Counted from the first letter of the stretch, positions 18,997 to 28,231 are shown. The stretch is 45,569 nucleotides of DNA from Promethearchaeota archaeon (GCA_016930515.1 JAFGGO010000087.1:1-45569); one strand, 5' to 3'. Numbers and translations: made by a program. The notes: generated from the letters alone by a model not told the origin.

Positions 18997-21174
18997 ATGA
19001 ATGAAAGCTTATATCACGAAGAAAAAGAGATCTTAGAACAATTAGAGGGTGTTCTTGGAAGGAAACTCCCCCTATTGGACGAAATAAAATATAAATCGTT
19101 TGGAATACAAGTGCAACGCGGAAACATTGTTGGATTGGGATTATTTAATTCTAATCTCGATAGAATTCCTGAAATAATCGTCAATCTTCCAATGATTCAA
19201 TATTTGTGCTTAAACTCAAATAAATTAACGCAAATTCCAGAATTCATTGGTGAATTACAGAACTTAAAAGTTCTTTTTTGTGAAAAAAACAGTTTGGGTG
19301 AAATTTCCGAATTAACTATAAACGTTCTTACGAACTTGTTAAATTTAGAGGACTTGCGACTTGGTGGTAATAAGATCACATCTATTCCAACATCTATTGG
19401 GAATTTCCATTCTTTGAAAAGGTTAGATTTGGATAAAAACGGTCTCGTGGAACTTCCAACAACCCTTGGAAACATTGAAAATTTGGAGCATCTCGAGTTA
19501 GGAGGCAATCAAATACGCGTTCTCCCCGATTCGATTGGGAGATTTAAATCATTAATGTATTTAGATCTGAAAGGAAATGAACTTTCAAGACTCCCATCAG
19601 AATTCAGAAATTTGAACTCGTTGCAAACTTTAAATCTGAGTGGAAATAATTTAAAATCGATTGATATTCTATTTTCTAAATTAATTTCGCTTGTTAATTT
19701 AAATCTTAGCAAAAATGATTTAACAGGATTTCCCGATCCAATACTCTCCTTACCGTCCTTAAAAATTCTTGAGTTAAACGATAATTCTATAAAAAATATA
19801 CCAGAAAATATGACATTCTTATCAACGCTTATAAAACTCGACTTGAGTAATAATGAATTGTATAGATTGCCAGAATCCATTGGATCATTAATCTCAATCA
19901 TAGAGATAAATATCAGCGGTAATAAGATACGAAAGATTCCCGAGTCCTTCTCGTCATTATCCAAAATGGAAAAATTAAACATGAGTTACAATCGATTCAA
20001 ATCCCTTCCTAAGCACATTGGACAATTACCCTCGCTTAAATTACTCAACTTAAGAAATAATAGACTTTTTTATTTGCCCGAATCGATCGGAAACTTGAAA
20101 GCTCTTGAACGATTGGAATTATTCAGTAATTCTTTATATTCTTTACCAGAAAGTATCGGTGATCTGGTTGAACTAAATGAGTTATTTTTATATAATAATC
20201 GCTTGGAAAGCCTTCCAGATTCAATAGGAAATCTTAATAAACTCAAGATTCTAGAATTAGGAAAGAACAGGTTAATAGAGCTTCCGAGCGCTATTGGAGA
20301 TTTAAAATCTTTAATATCATTACGATTGAGTAGAAACAAGCTCAAAAACCTTCCAGAATCTATTGGTAACCTAATTTTAGTGAAAAAATTATACTTGTAT
20401 AACAATAATTTTTCGCAAATTCCGGCTTTCCTATGGCCGTTGAAAAACTTGGAAATCTTGCGCTTGCAAGGAAATCCATTAGACCCTTATTCAAAGGAAA
20501 TTTTAGAACGAGACCTGCCCTCGATTTTAGAACATTGTAGAAAACGAGCAACGATAAATGTTTTTATCAGTCATGCTATAGAAGATGCTGATGAGTATAA
20601 AGTAAGAGAATTGGTTCTATTCTTGGAAAAACAAGCCGAAATCAACAACGCGTATATTTGCGAACAAGACTTAAAGGGAAATATCGATAGATTCATGGAC
20701 GAAACGATACCTCTCTGTCAACTCTTAATCTTTATAGCAACGAGGAAATCGGTGTTTAATTCAATAGATTGCAAGCACGAAATAGAGTTGGCTAGAAATC
20801 TTGAATTACAGATAATCCCAATTAAAGGATACGACATATATTGGAATGATCTTGAACAATTAGAACTGAACAGGGAATTTGGTTTTGAATTTACCTCTGA
20901 TAAATTTCACGACTTCTGTAAGGAAATATACGATTATATTTATCAATTTAAAAGAGAGACTGATCTATTAAATAAAACTCAAAACAAGATCAACGAAAAA
21001 ATAACTAAAACACAGTCTCTAATTAAAAAAAATATAAAATCCGATATATTCACGAAAAAACTCGTTCAAAACATATTGGACATAGAAAACTTGAATATGG
21101 TTTTACAAAGAAACGAAATGTCGTTTGGGGAATATTTAATTGAAATAGGAAGAGTAATTCAGGATGATGAGTGA
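18997..21174 (+). CDS. Soluble LRR-TIR protein (~20 LRRs, TIR domain, helical tail)
   Basis: ~20 repeats of 23 aa, LxLxxNxLxxLPxSIGxL; then VFISH...LLIFIAT.KSVFNSIDCKHEIELA...IIPI (TIR with Glu). ATG at 18997 preferred to GTG at 18922. Confidence 0.9.
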   Translation: MNESLYHEEKEILEQLEGVLGRKLPLLDEIKYKSFGIQVQRGNIVGLGLFNSNLDRIPEIIVNLPMIQYLCLNSNKLTQIPEFIGELQNLKVLFCEKNSLGEISELTINVLTNLLNLEDLRLGGNKITSIPTSIGNFHSLKRLDLDKNGLVELPTTLGNIENLEHLELGGNQIRVLPDSIGRFKSLMYLDLKGNELSRLPSEFRNLNSLQTLNLSGNNLKSIDILFSKLISLVNLNLSKNDLTGFPDPILSLPSLKILELNDNSIKNIPENMTFLSTLIKLDLSNNELYRLPESIGSLISIIEINISGNKIRKIPESFSSLSKMEKLNMSYNRFKSLPKHIGQLPSLKLLNLRNNRLFYLPESIGNLKALERLELFSNSLYSLPESIGDLVELNELFLYNNRLESLPDSIGNLNKLKILELGKNRLIELPSAIGDLKSLISLRLSRNKLKNLPESIGNLILVKKLYLYNNNFSQIPAFLWPLKNLEILRLQGNPLDPYSKEILERDLPSILEHCRKRATINVFISHAIEDADEYKVRELVLFLEKQAEINNAYICEQDLKGNIDRFMDETIPLCQLLIFIATRKSVFNSIDCKHEIELARNLELQIIPIKGYDIYWNDLEQLELNREFGFEFTSDKFHDFCKEIYDYIYQFKRETDLLNKTQNKINEKITKTQSLIKKNIKSDIFTKKLVQNILDIENLNMVLQRNEMSFGEYLIEIGRVIQDDE

Positions 21175-21300
21175 GAACATGCGTTTTTTTTTATAATATT
21201 CTTCGTTTATGAATTGAAACCTCTAAACCGCAAAATTTTTTCTTGAAACCTCGTTATTATTAACCGCGCAATAAGGTGCGAGCATGTATCGGTTATCGAT

Positions 21301-21423
21301 AATTTTTTTTCGCTCCGATTCCGCACACGCATGATCAATAATCGCCTTCATCATGGTTCGCCCATCTGACAAGCGTGAAGGAGGATCCACTGAACATCCC
21401 GCTCCTACAAGAAGCGTCAATCT
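21301..21423 (-). pseudogene. Truncated paralogous copy of the SIR2 N-terminus
   Basis: 123-bp diverged copy of 23015-23137 (LLVGAGCSVDPPSRLSDGRTMMKAIIDHACAESERKKI), then unrelated sequence. Confidence 0.85.
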
Positions 21424-23188
21424 AATTCTTCATTTGCTCCTCTAAAGTATCGATTTTATCTTGGACTATTTCAACCAGAGGTGCATTAAGTTCTTTAAAT
21501 AATGCCAGGGCATCCCTAAAATATTGTAAAGACTCACCCAATTGCCCTTTTTCTTCCAATAATGCCCCCATATTTTTTAATATAAAAGCCTTGTCTCTCA
21601 GGTCGCCTAATTGATCCTCAATCGCTAGTGCTTCCTTATAGTTTTGTAATGCCTCATCTAGTTGACCTTTTCCATGCAATATTTGTCCGATATTGTTTAG
21701 TTGCGTGGCTTTGCCACTCAAGTCGCCTAATTGTTCAAAAATGGTTAAAGCTTCCCTAAAGTGTTGTGATGCCTCATCCAGTTGTTTTTTTCCATGCAAT
21801 AATAGATATCCAATATTATTCAATCGCGTGGCCTTGCCTCTCAAGTCATCTAATTGCTCATCGATGGTCAAGGCATCCCTATAATATAATAATGCTTCGT
21901 CCAGTTGACCTATTCCATATAATAGTGAACCGATGTTGCTTAATGGTGAAGCCTTGCTTTTCAAATCACCTAGTTGCTCGTAAATGGCTAAAGCCTCCCT
22001 ATAGTACTGCAACGCCTCATCTGCATGCCCTTTTCTATGCATTAGTAATCCAATGTTGTGAAGAGAATTTGCTTTCCATTTTAAATTGTTTTTTTTTTCA
22101 GCAAGTTCAAGGATCATTTGAGAACAATACATTGCATCCTCAATCATACTAAAACCAAAATAAATATTGAAAGGTATGATATATTTTTGAAATTCATCAG
22201 GAGGGGGGAGGTTAGTTTCAATCCACCTTGATGCAACCATCATTGAATTAGTTGAGCTCAGATCTGGTTCGCAATCAATAAACTCTCGAAGCAAGTGCGT
22301 TGTATTACCGTCCACCCTATATACATGCTCTACATTATTCATCTGATAGAGATCATTGAGAATTTGAGTTACTTTATCTAAATCCTTACGTCCTGTTAAA
22401 ATAGACTCATTTAGTTCTTGAATTTGTATTGGGCTTTCTTCATTTTTCACATGATTGATCCACACTATATCTTTCAAATCTTTTAATATTTTAAGAGTTG
22501 GGATGATATCAAAATCATCGCTTCCCGAATAGCCCATCACGACCAATGTTCGATTTCTTGAAATGCTTTCAAATAAAGGGCGCTTAAATGGCTCCACTTG
22601 AAAGACGCTCTCTCCTTCTTTCCCAGAACCAAATGCTTGAATAGTTGCAATCAAAGAATCTCTTGTAGACACCCCCATAATGATATTTTTCGTAGAACCG
22701 TGAATTTTATAAATGGGCTTTTTTCCCATTTGTATTAACTTATCAGGATCATGATATTTTTCAAAATCTTCTCTTGTAATTACAGGAATTATATCTTCTT
22801 TATGAACGCTAGATTTTAATAACGCGTATTCAATTAAAAAATCAAAATTTGTTGTCATTACGTTTTGACCTTTCTTGATCATGTTTGCCAAGAAAAAATG
22901 TTGTATATTTGGAGATTCACATTCTCCATAATAATCAATGAGTTTTAATTCAGGGTCAAACTGGTCCCTGACGCTCTCAACTAATTGTTCAAATCGGAGA
23001 TTTTTTAAACCTAGAATTTTTTCTCGTTCAGATTCCGCACACGCATGATCAATGATAGCTTTCATCATGGTTCGCCCATCTGCCAAGCGTGAAGGAGGAT
23101 CCACTGAACATCCCGCTCCTACAAGGAACATTAATCTTGCATCATCAGCAAATAAATCTTTAATGGTTAGACTAGTAGATTTTATCAT
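21422..23188 (-). CDS. SIR2-like domain plus TPR repeat protein
   Basis: FLVGAGCS, TTNFD, KIHGS, GYSGSDDFD; five ~40-aa TPR units at the C-terminus. Confidence 0.9.
   Translation of the reverse strand: MIKSTSLTIKDLFADDARLMFLVGAGCSVDPPSRLADGRTMMKAIIDHACAESEREKILGLKNLRFEQLVESVRDQFDPELKLIDYYGECESPNIQHFFLANMIKKGQNVMTTNFDFLIEYALLKSSVHKEDIIPVITREDFEKYHDPDKLIQMGKKPIYKIHGSTKNIIMGVSTRDSLIATIQAFGSGKEGESVFQVEPFKRPLFESISRNRTLVVMGYSGSDDFDIIPTLKILKDLKDIVWINHVKNEESPIQIQELNESILTGRKDLDKVTQILNDLYQMNNVEHVYRVDGNTTHLLREFIDCEPDLSSTNSMMVASRWIETNLPPPDEFQKYIIPFNIYFGFSMIEDAMYCSQMILELAEKKNNLKWKANSLHNIGLLMHRKGHADEALQYYREALAIYEQLGDLKSKASPLSNIGSLLYGIGQLDEALLYYRDALTIDEQLDDLRGKATRLNNIGYLLLHGKKQLDEASQHFREALTIFEQLGDLSGKATQLNNIGQILHGKGQLDEALQNYKEALAIEDQLGDLRDKAFILKNMGALLEEKGQLGESLQYFRDALALFKELNAPLVEIVQDKIDTLEEQMKN
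21480..22075 (-). repeat. ~120-bp tandem coding repeats (TPR units)
   Basis: Recurrent A..L.NIG..L..KGQLDEAL..Y.EAL.I.EQLGDL..K, visible at DNA level; boundaries approximate. Confidence 0.8.
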
Positions 23189-23427
23189 CTATTCACCTAA
23201 AAATAGACCTTTTTATTTTCTCATGATTTACCTATTATATTAGAAATATACTAGAAATATATTAAGCTAAGTTATATTAAAATTATTACTTAGAATATTA
23301 CATTCTCGATCAAACATCAAGCATTTATCCATCATTTAGATTATTCATATAACATGAAGTGCTGGAGTAGCTTTAAAAATGTGATAATATTTTTATTGAA
23401 ACAAATGTTAGGAAGACTTCGTTTTTA

Positions 23428-23870
23428 TTAACCTCGAAACCATTCAAATCCATTTTTAACTTTTTCTAAATAGTACGACTTCAAATCTAAGATAGTGTCT
23501 AATAATAATAAACGACAAGCAATTATCTTACTTGCTTCTAGAGATTTCTCCAAGGCAATCCTAATCATGGTCGCTCCTAATTTTTTACCTTTATACTCAT
23601 TATCAATACCCAAGCGTCCTAAAAGTACTATTGGAATTTGTCCATTCCAAATATGCTTGCATCTCCTGTGTTTAATTGGGATGCGGAAAGCGTAAAAAAA
23701 GCAATAATTTCTTTAGTATCTTTCAAATAGAACACATAGGTCCTTGATAATTTTCGCTCTTGATTACTAAATGCACAATTTTTCAAGAAATAATTAATAT
23801 CATCATCTCCACAATCAAAATGATTAATAACCATCTCTTTACTTAATTCTTTAAATACTAAATCCGTCAA
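23428..23870 (-). pseudogene. GNAT acetyltransferase toxin (AtaT/TacT-like), frameshifted near 23638
   Basis: FDCGDDDINYFLK...RTYV...IIAFFTL in one frame; IPIVLLGRLGID.EYKGKKLG in the next. One extra A in GACAAATTCCA restores a single ORF. Confidence 0.8.
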
Positions 23871-23882
23871 TAAAAAAATCTT

Positions 23883-24128
23883 TTATAATTTTTCAATTTC
23901 TTCTAAAGAAATGATAAAATCATTTTTTATCAATCTTTTAAAGAAATCATAAGAAGATTTAAAAAAAGAACGAGTTACTTTATCAATTTTTGTATTATCA
24001 AGTTTTTCTTCAAGATCTCTTGCCTCTTGCTCAGTTAATACAATCTCTTCTGAATCATCAAAAAAGAGGTTTTCTTTAAGTATTTTTCCGTTTTTCTTAG
24101 CTTCCTCGTCTCTTGATGTGGTCATCAT
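23883..24128 (-). CDS. Small protein, putative antitoxin
   Basis: 81 aa immediately upstream of the GNAT; IVLTEQEARDLEEKLDN resembles the C-terminal helix of DUF1778-type antitoxins; no clear RHH. Confidence 0.5.
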   Translation of the reverse strand: MMTTSRDEEAKKNGKILKENLFFDDSEEIVLTEQEARDLEEKLDNTKIDKVTRSFFKSSYDFFKRLIKNDFIISLEEIEKL

Positions 24129-24261
24129 AATGTATATGGAATTATTACTTTTAATTATTTTTGATGTCTAAAATTTATGGAGTGATAATAATTGAATGAA
24201 TGATTGAGTTAATGAATAAAAAAAGTAATTCTAGAGAAGTTATATTCATTAAATAGAATTC

Positions 24262-24645
24262 CTTCTTGAGCGAGATAAGCGCTTCGGGACGCTCGAAATC
24301 CTGACAACGAAAGGGCCTGACCCGAGCGGAGGAAGGCTCAAAGGGGCTCGATCGACTTGACGATGGTTGGATCGAACCCGTCCTCGTGCATTCCTTTCGT
24401 CCCCTCTCCGCCCCACCCATCATTTGTCGTCTGGCCTTCCCTTCGGTTCGAAACCGAAAAATTTTTATCCTTCGCCTCACTATTCCCCATTATCGTGCAA
24501 GCTACCTTTTTCCCTTTTGTCGTTTTTTGCCCGCAAGAAGGTGCTCCCAAACCCGCAAGACACACGGGACCGGCAAGAACAGCGGCCGAAAGGACGACTG
24601 AAGGGACGAACGAGAACGAAGGCGATTGCTTTCGCCTTTCAAGCT
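24262..24645. ncRNA. GC-rich structured non-coding element (candidate ncRNA or leader)
   Basis: Hand counts of 26-38 GC per 60 nt versus AT-rich flanks; several hairpins and nested long-range complementarity; only implausible ORFs. Confidence 0.45.
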
Positions 24646-24658
24646 TTAAATTTTACAA

Positions 24659-24679
24659 TTTAAATAATATATATTTAAA
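24659..24679. promoter_or_regulatory. Back-to-back TATA-like boxes upstream of rpoA'
   Basis: TTTAAATA on + (24659-24666) and on - (24672-24679). Confidence 0.4.
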
Positions 24680-24731
24680 ATTTCAAGATCAAGCTTCAAG
24701 ATCAGTACACATTAACGAGAGTGCGTGAATC

Positions 24732-27698
24732 GTGAGTTACACATTTAGTAGAACAAAACTGGTAGAAAAAATAAAGTTCGGACTACTCAGCCCGAACGAG
24801 ATAAGAAAGATGTCGGCGGCCAGGATCATAACGGCCGATACTTACGACGAGGACGGCCTGCCCATTCCGTCGGGCCTCATGGACCAGCGCCTTGGCACCA
24901 TCGAACCGGGACAACGCTGTAGCACGTGCGGAAATTTGGTAAGTAATTGCATGGGCCACTTCGGCCACATCGAGCTGGCCCGGCCTGTGATACATGTTGG
25001 CTACGCCAAAAAGGTCCTAAAAGTCCTTCGGTCCATTTGTCCCGAGTGCTCGAGACTAATGCTTTCGGACGACGAAAAAGAGGCGTTTCGAGAGGAGATT
25101 AAAAAACAAATACAAACTTCCGTTGAAAGCGACGAGGACGCTACAAAAATCATTTTCAAAAGGGCTCGCAAGAGCAAGAACTGTCCGTTCTGCGGCGCTT
25201 CCAAGAAAAAGATCGTGATTGAAAAACCCACCACCTTCTACGAGGAAGAGGAAGGGAGAGGCTCTCGTAGGATTACGCCTATCGAGATCATCGAACGCCT
25301 CAAAAAGATGAACGATTCCGACCTCAGGTTTTTAGGCATTCAACCCGAAAACGCTCGACTCGAGTGGGTCATTTTCACTGTCTTGCCCATACCTCCCGTG
25401 TGCGCTCGACCTTCGATTACCTTGGACAGTGGCATCCGTTCGGAAGACGACTTGACTCACAAGCTCGTGGATGTCATTAGGATTAACCAACGATTGAGAG
25501 AAAACATCGATGCTGGAGCGCCTCACTTGATCGTGGAAGATTTATGGGAGTTATTACAATATCACATCACGACTTACTTTGATAATCAAGTTTCGGGAAT
25601 TCCCCCCGCCCGCCATCGCTCTGGAAGGGCACTCAGGACGCTTACTCAAAGGCTCAAGGGAAAAGAAGGGCGATTCAGGAGCAATTTAAGTGGAAAACGG
25701 GTCGATTTCTCGGCCCGAAGCGTCATTTCCCCTAATCCTTATATTAGCATTAACGAAGTTGGAGTTCCTATCGAGATCGCAAAGATCCTTACCATTCCAA
25801 CCAATGTAAACGATTGGAACATCGAAGAGATGAAACAATTGGTCATAAACGGACCTAACATCCACCCCGGTGCTAATTACATCATAAGAAACGACCGGCG
25901 AAGGATTGACCTTCGATACGTCAAGAACAGAAAGATCATTGCAGACATGATCAATCCGGGATTTACTGTTGAAAGGCATTTGAGCAACGGAGACTTGGTT
26001 TTGTTTAATAGGCAACCTTCGCTCCATCGAATGTCCATCATGGCGCACGAAGTTAAAATCATGGACGGCAGGACTTTCAGATTGAATCTTACAGTCTGCC
26101 CTCCCTACAACGCCGATTTCGACGGGGACGAGATGAATCTGCACGTGCCCCAGAGCGAGGAAGCTCGAACCGAAGCGGAATTATTGCTTAAAGTTCAAGA
26201 GCACATTTTATCTCCGAGGTTTGGAGGTCCCATACTTGGAGGCATTCAAGACTTTATATCGCACGTGTTTCAATTCACGAGCAAAAATTCGGTTTACAAC
26301 CTAAAAGACGCAATGAAACTTCTTTACATGGGGGGCGTGTTTCGTGACAATCCCGATTTCAAGTTCGAAAGCCTGAAACCTGTTATAACAGATCCTGAAC
26401 CGATGTATTCTGGAAAACAAATTTTTAGCGCCTTATTCCCCGACGATCTCAACATTCGAGTACGTTCAAAGTTCTGCAAGAAATGCTACTTGAAAGAAAA
26501 TGGAAAGTGCAAGGAACTCGATTGCGAATACGACGCTTACGTGAATATAAGAAACGGAGAGCTCATCACGGGTACCATCGATGAGAACTCGTTCGGCGCA
26601 ATGCAATCCAATAGCATCCTCCAGAGAATCATTAAAGATCACGGAAATGCTCGAGGGCGCCAATTCTTGGACGATGCAACCAAGATGCTTCTTTACGTTA
26701 TTAGACAGAACGGCATGACCATGGGGTTAGACGAAGTACATGTTCAAGGAAAGGCGTACGAGGCAATTCAAAACATTTTACACGGCGCAAATATTGAGGC
26801 GGATAAACTCATCAATGCTTTTTACGATAACGACACGAATATTCTCAAGCGCGCTCCTGGTCGATCGATGCGAGAAACATTAGAACTCCGATTGAGACAA
26901 GGACTGGCAGAAGCGAGAAAGAACGCAGAAGAAACCGCAGCCTTTTTTATTGGAGATAAGGCTCACTCGGTTATCATGACTAAATCGGGTGCTCGTGGTA
27001 ATATCCTAAACCTCGGACAAATGTCTGCCGTGGTAGGACAACAAGCCATCAGGGGCGAACGAATCAACAGGGGCTACAGCCTGAGAACGTTACCTCATTT
27101 CAAGGTGAACGATCTCACTCCTAAAGCGAGAGGTTTCGTAGAATCGTCGTATCGAAACGGATTGAAACCTGCCGAATTCTTTTTCCACGCTATGGGTGGT
27201 AGGGAAGGATTGGTAGACACTGCGGTGCGTACCAGTACTTCTGGATACATGCAACGTCGTTTAGTCAACGCGCTTCAAGACATGGTGATAGAAAACGACG
27301 GCACGGTGCGTAATTCGGATAAGAATATCATCCAATTCAAGTTTGGAGACGATGGGATTGATGTCATGCACACCGACCACGGTCACGCCGTAAACCTCGA
27401 TGTATTGCTGTTAAAAGCGAAGGCTTTAGATGTTGGTTCGATCCGAGAAGAACTCAAGAAGGACGAAACTACAAGGAAAAGCACTCCCAAGAAAAAAGAG
27501 TCCCCTCCAAAAGAATCTAAACCAACTTCTGCAAGTAAAAAGGCCGAGGAAAAGAAGCCTGTTGAGGAAAAAGCACCAACGACGGATGAAGAGTCCTTAC
27601 ATGCCGAATTTGAAAAGGAAACAGGCAAGAACGCAATCTGGCGCGGTAAAGAAACCAAGGCCTACCAAGATTGGAAAGCGGAAAAGCTTGGAAGTTAG
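24732..27698 (+). CDS. rpoA1: DNA-directed RNA polymerase subunit A' (Rpo1N) with C-terminal extension
   Basis: CxGHFGHIEL, GKRVDFSAR, NRQPSLH, catalytic NADFDGD, GGREGLVDTAVRT. Confidence 0.98.
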   Translation: MSYTFSRTKLVEKIKFGLLSPNEIRKMSAARIITADTYDEDGLPIPSGLMDQRLGTIEPGQRCSTCGNLVSNCMGHFGHIELARPVIHVGYAKKVLKVLRSICPECSRLMLSDDEKEAFREEIKKQIQTSVESDEDATKIIFKRARKSKNCPFCGASKKKIVIEKPTTFYEEEEGRGSRRITPIEIIERLKKMNDSDLRFLGIQPENARLEWVIFTVLPIPPVCARPSITLDSGIRSEDDLTHKLVDVIRINQRLRENIDAGAPHLIVEDLWELLQYHITTYFDNQVSGIPPARHRSGRALRTLTQRLKGKEGRFRSNLSGKRVDFSARSVISPNPYISINEVGVPIEIAKILTIPTNVNDWNIEEMKQLVINGPNIHPGANYIIRNDRRRIDLRYVKNRKIIADMINPGFTVERHLSNGDLVLFNRQPSLHRMSIMAHEVKIMDGRTFRLNLTVCPPYNADFDGDEMNLHVPQSEEARTEAELLLKVQEHILSPRFGGPILGGIQDFISHVFQFTSKNSVYNLKDAMKLLYMGGVFRDNPDFKFESLKPVITDPEPMYSGKQIFSALFPDDLNIRVRSKFCKKCYLKENGKCKELDCEYDAYVNIRNGELITGTIDENSFGAMQSNSILQRIIKDHGNARGRQFLDDATKMLLYVIRQNGMTMGLDEVHVQGKAYEAIQNILHGANIEADKLINAFYDNDTNILKRAPGRSMRETLELRLRQGLAEARKNAEETAAFFIGDKAHSVIMTKSGARGNILNLGQMSAVVGQQAIRGERINRGYSLRTLPHFKVNDLTPKARGFVESSYRNGLKPAEFFFHAMGGREGLVDTAVRTSTSGYMQRRLVNALQDMVIENDGTVRNSDKNIIQFKFGDDGIDVMHTDHGHAVNLDVLLLKAKALDVGSIREELKKDETTRKSTPKKKESPPKESKPTSASKKAEEKKPVEEKAPTTDEESLHAEFEKETGKNAIWRGKETKAYQDWKAEKLGS

Positions 27699-27802
27699 AG
27701 CCTAAGTTTCAAAAAATAAAGAAATATTTATTTCTTTTTCACTTTTTAGAATTATTATACGGATATATTTATTGATATATCGCCAGTCAAATTGAGGATT
27801 GA

Positions 27803-28231
27803 TTGCTGATGTACGAAAAAGAAACGCTTGTTGATAAACTAAAAAATCTCGGCTATTTTGATGATGAAAACGAACTCGAAGTCGTCTTCACATTGGAGGA
27901 ATATTTCGAAAACCATCCTAAGGATGACGAATATTGCATCATTAGCGTGAACGTGTATCCAGATCCTCCTAAAACGGACGATTTTTACCAGACAATGCTT
28001 GACATTCGCAACATGGAAGAAGTACAAGATGTGCTGGTTAGAATAATGGACCATGATAGCCAAGATTGGTTCGTATCAGATACCGTATTAATCCTCACGA
28101 AATTGTCAGTTGGCAAGGTAAAAGAAATCACGAAACACCTTGAACCAGACGTCGAACTTGGTTGGTGGGGTTTAAACGATGCCGTAAATTTTCCTCCAAT
28201 ACAGGAAGGGATGAGTGTAATCTCCCTATAG
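27803..28231 (+). CDS. Acidic hypothetical protein, possibly C-terminally truncated
   Basis: 142-aa acidic ORF; ends ISL followed by TAG TAG GAT. Confidence 0.6.
   Translation: MLMYEKETLVDKLKNLGYFDDENELEVVFTLEEYFENHPKDDEYCIISVNVYPDPPKTDDFYQTMLDIRNMEEVQDVLVRIMDHDSQDWFVSDTVLILTKLSVGKVKEITKHLEPDVELGWWGLNDAVNFPPIQEGMSVISL

Noticed and set aside
19197-20551. Long antisense ORFs over the LRR gene
   Set aside because: Shadow ORFs caused by repeat periodicity; the same applies to antisense ORFs over rpoA', rpoA'', rps12 and rps7.
21301-23137. Diversity-generating retroelement template/variable repeat pair
   Set aside because: Differences are largely synonymous and not adenine-specific, the repeat covers a conserved catalytic N-terminus, and no reverse transcriptase is present.
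24262-24645. 5S rRNA, SRP RNA or RNase P RNA
   Set aside because: GGAGGAAGGCTC only loosely resembles the RNase P P4 motif and has no matching 3' partner on the same strand; no SRP helix 8 or 5S consensus found by eye.
18798-24645. Integrated provirus or ICE at the tRNA-like gene
   Set aside because: No integrase or att duplication seen, and the island lies on the 5' side of the tRNA-like gene.
24175-24728. Five overlapping ORFs of 71-123 aa on both strands
   Set aside because: Expected by-product of locally high GC; compositions are atypical and no motifs are present.
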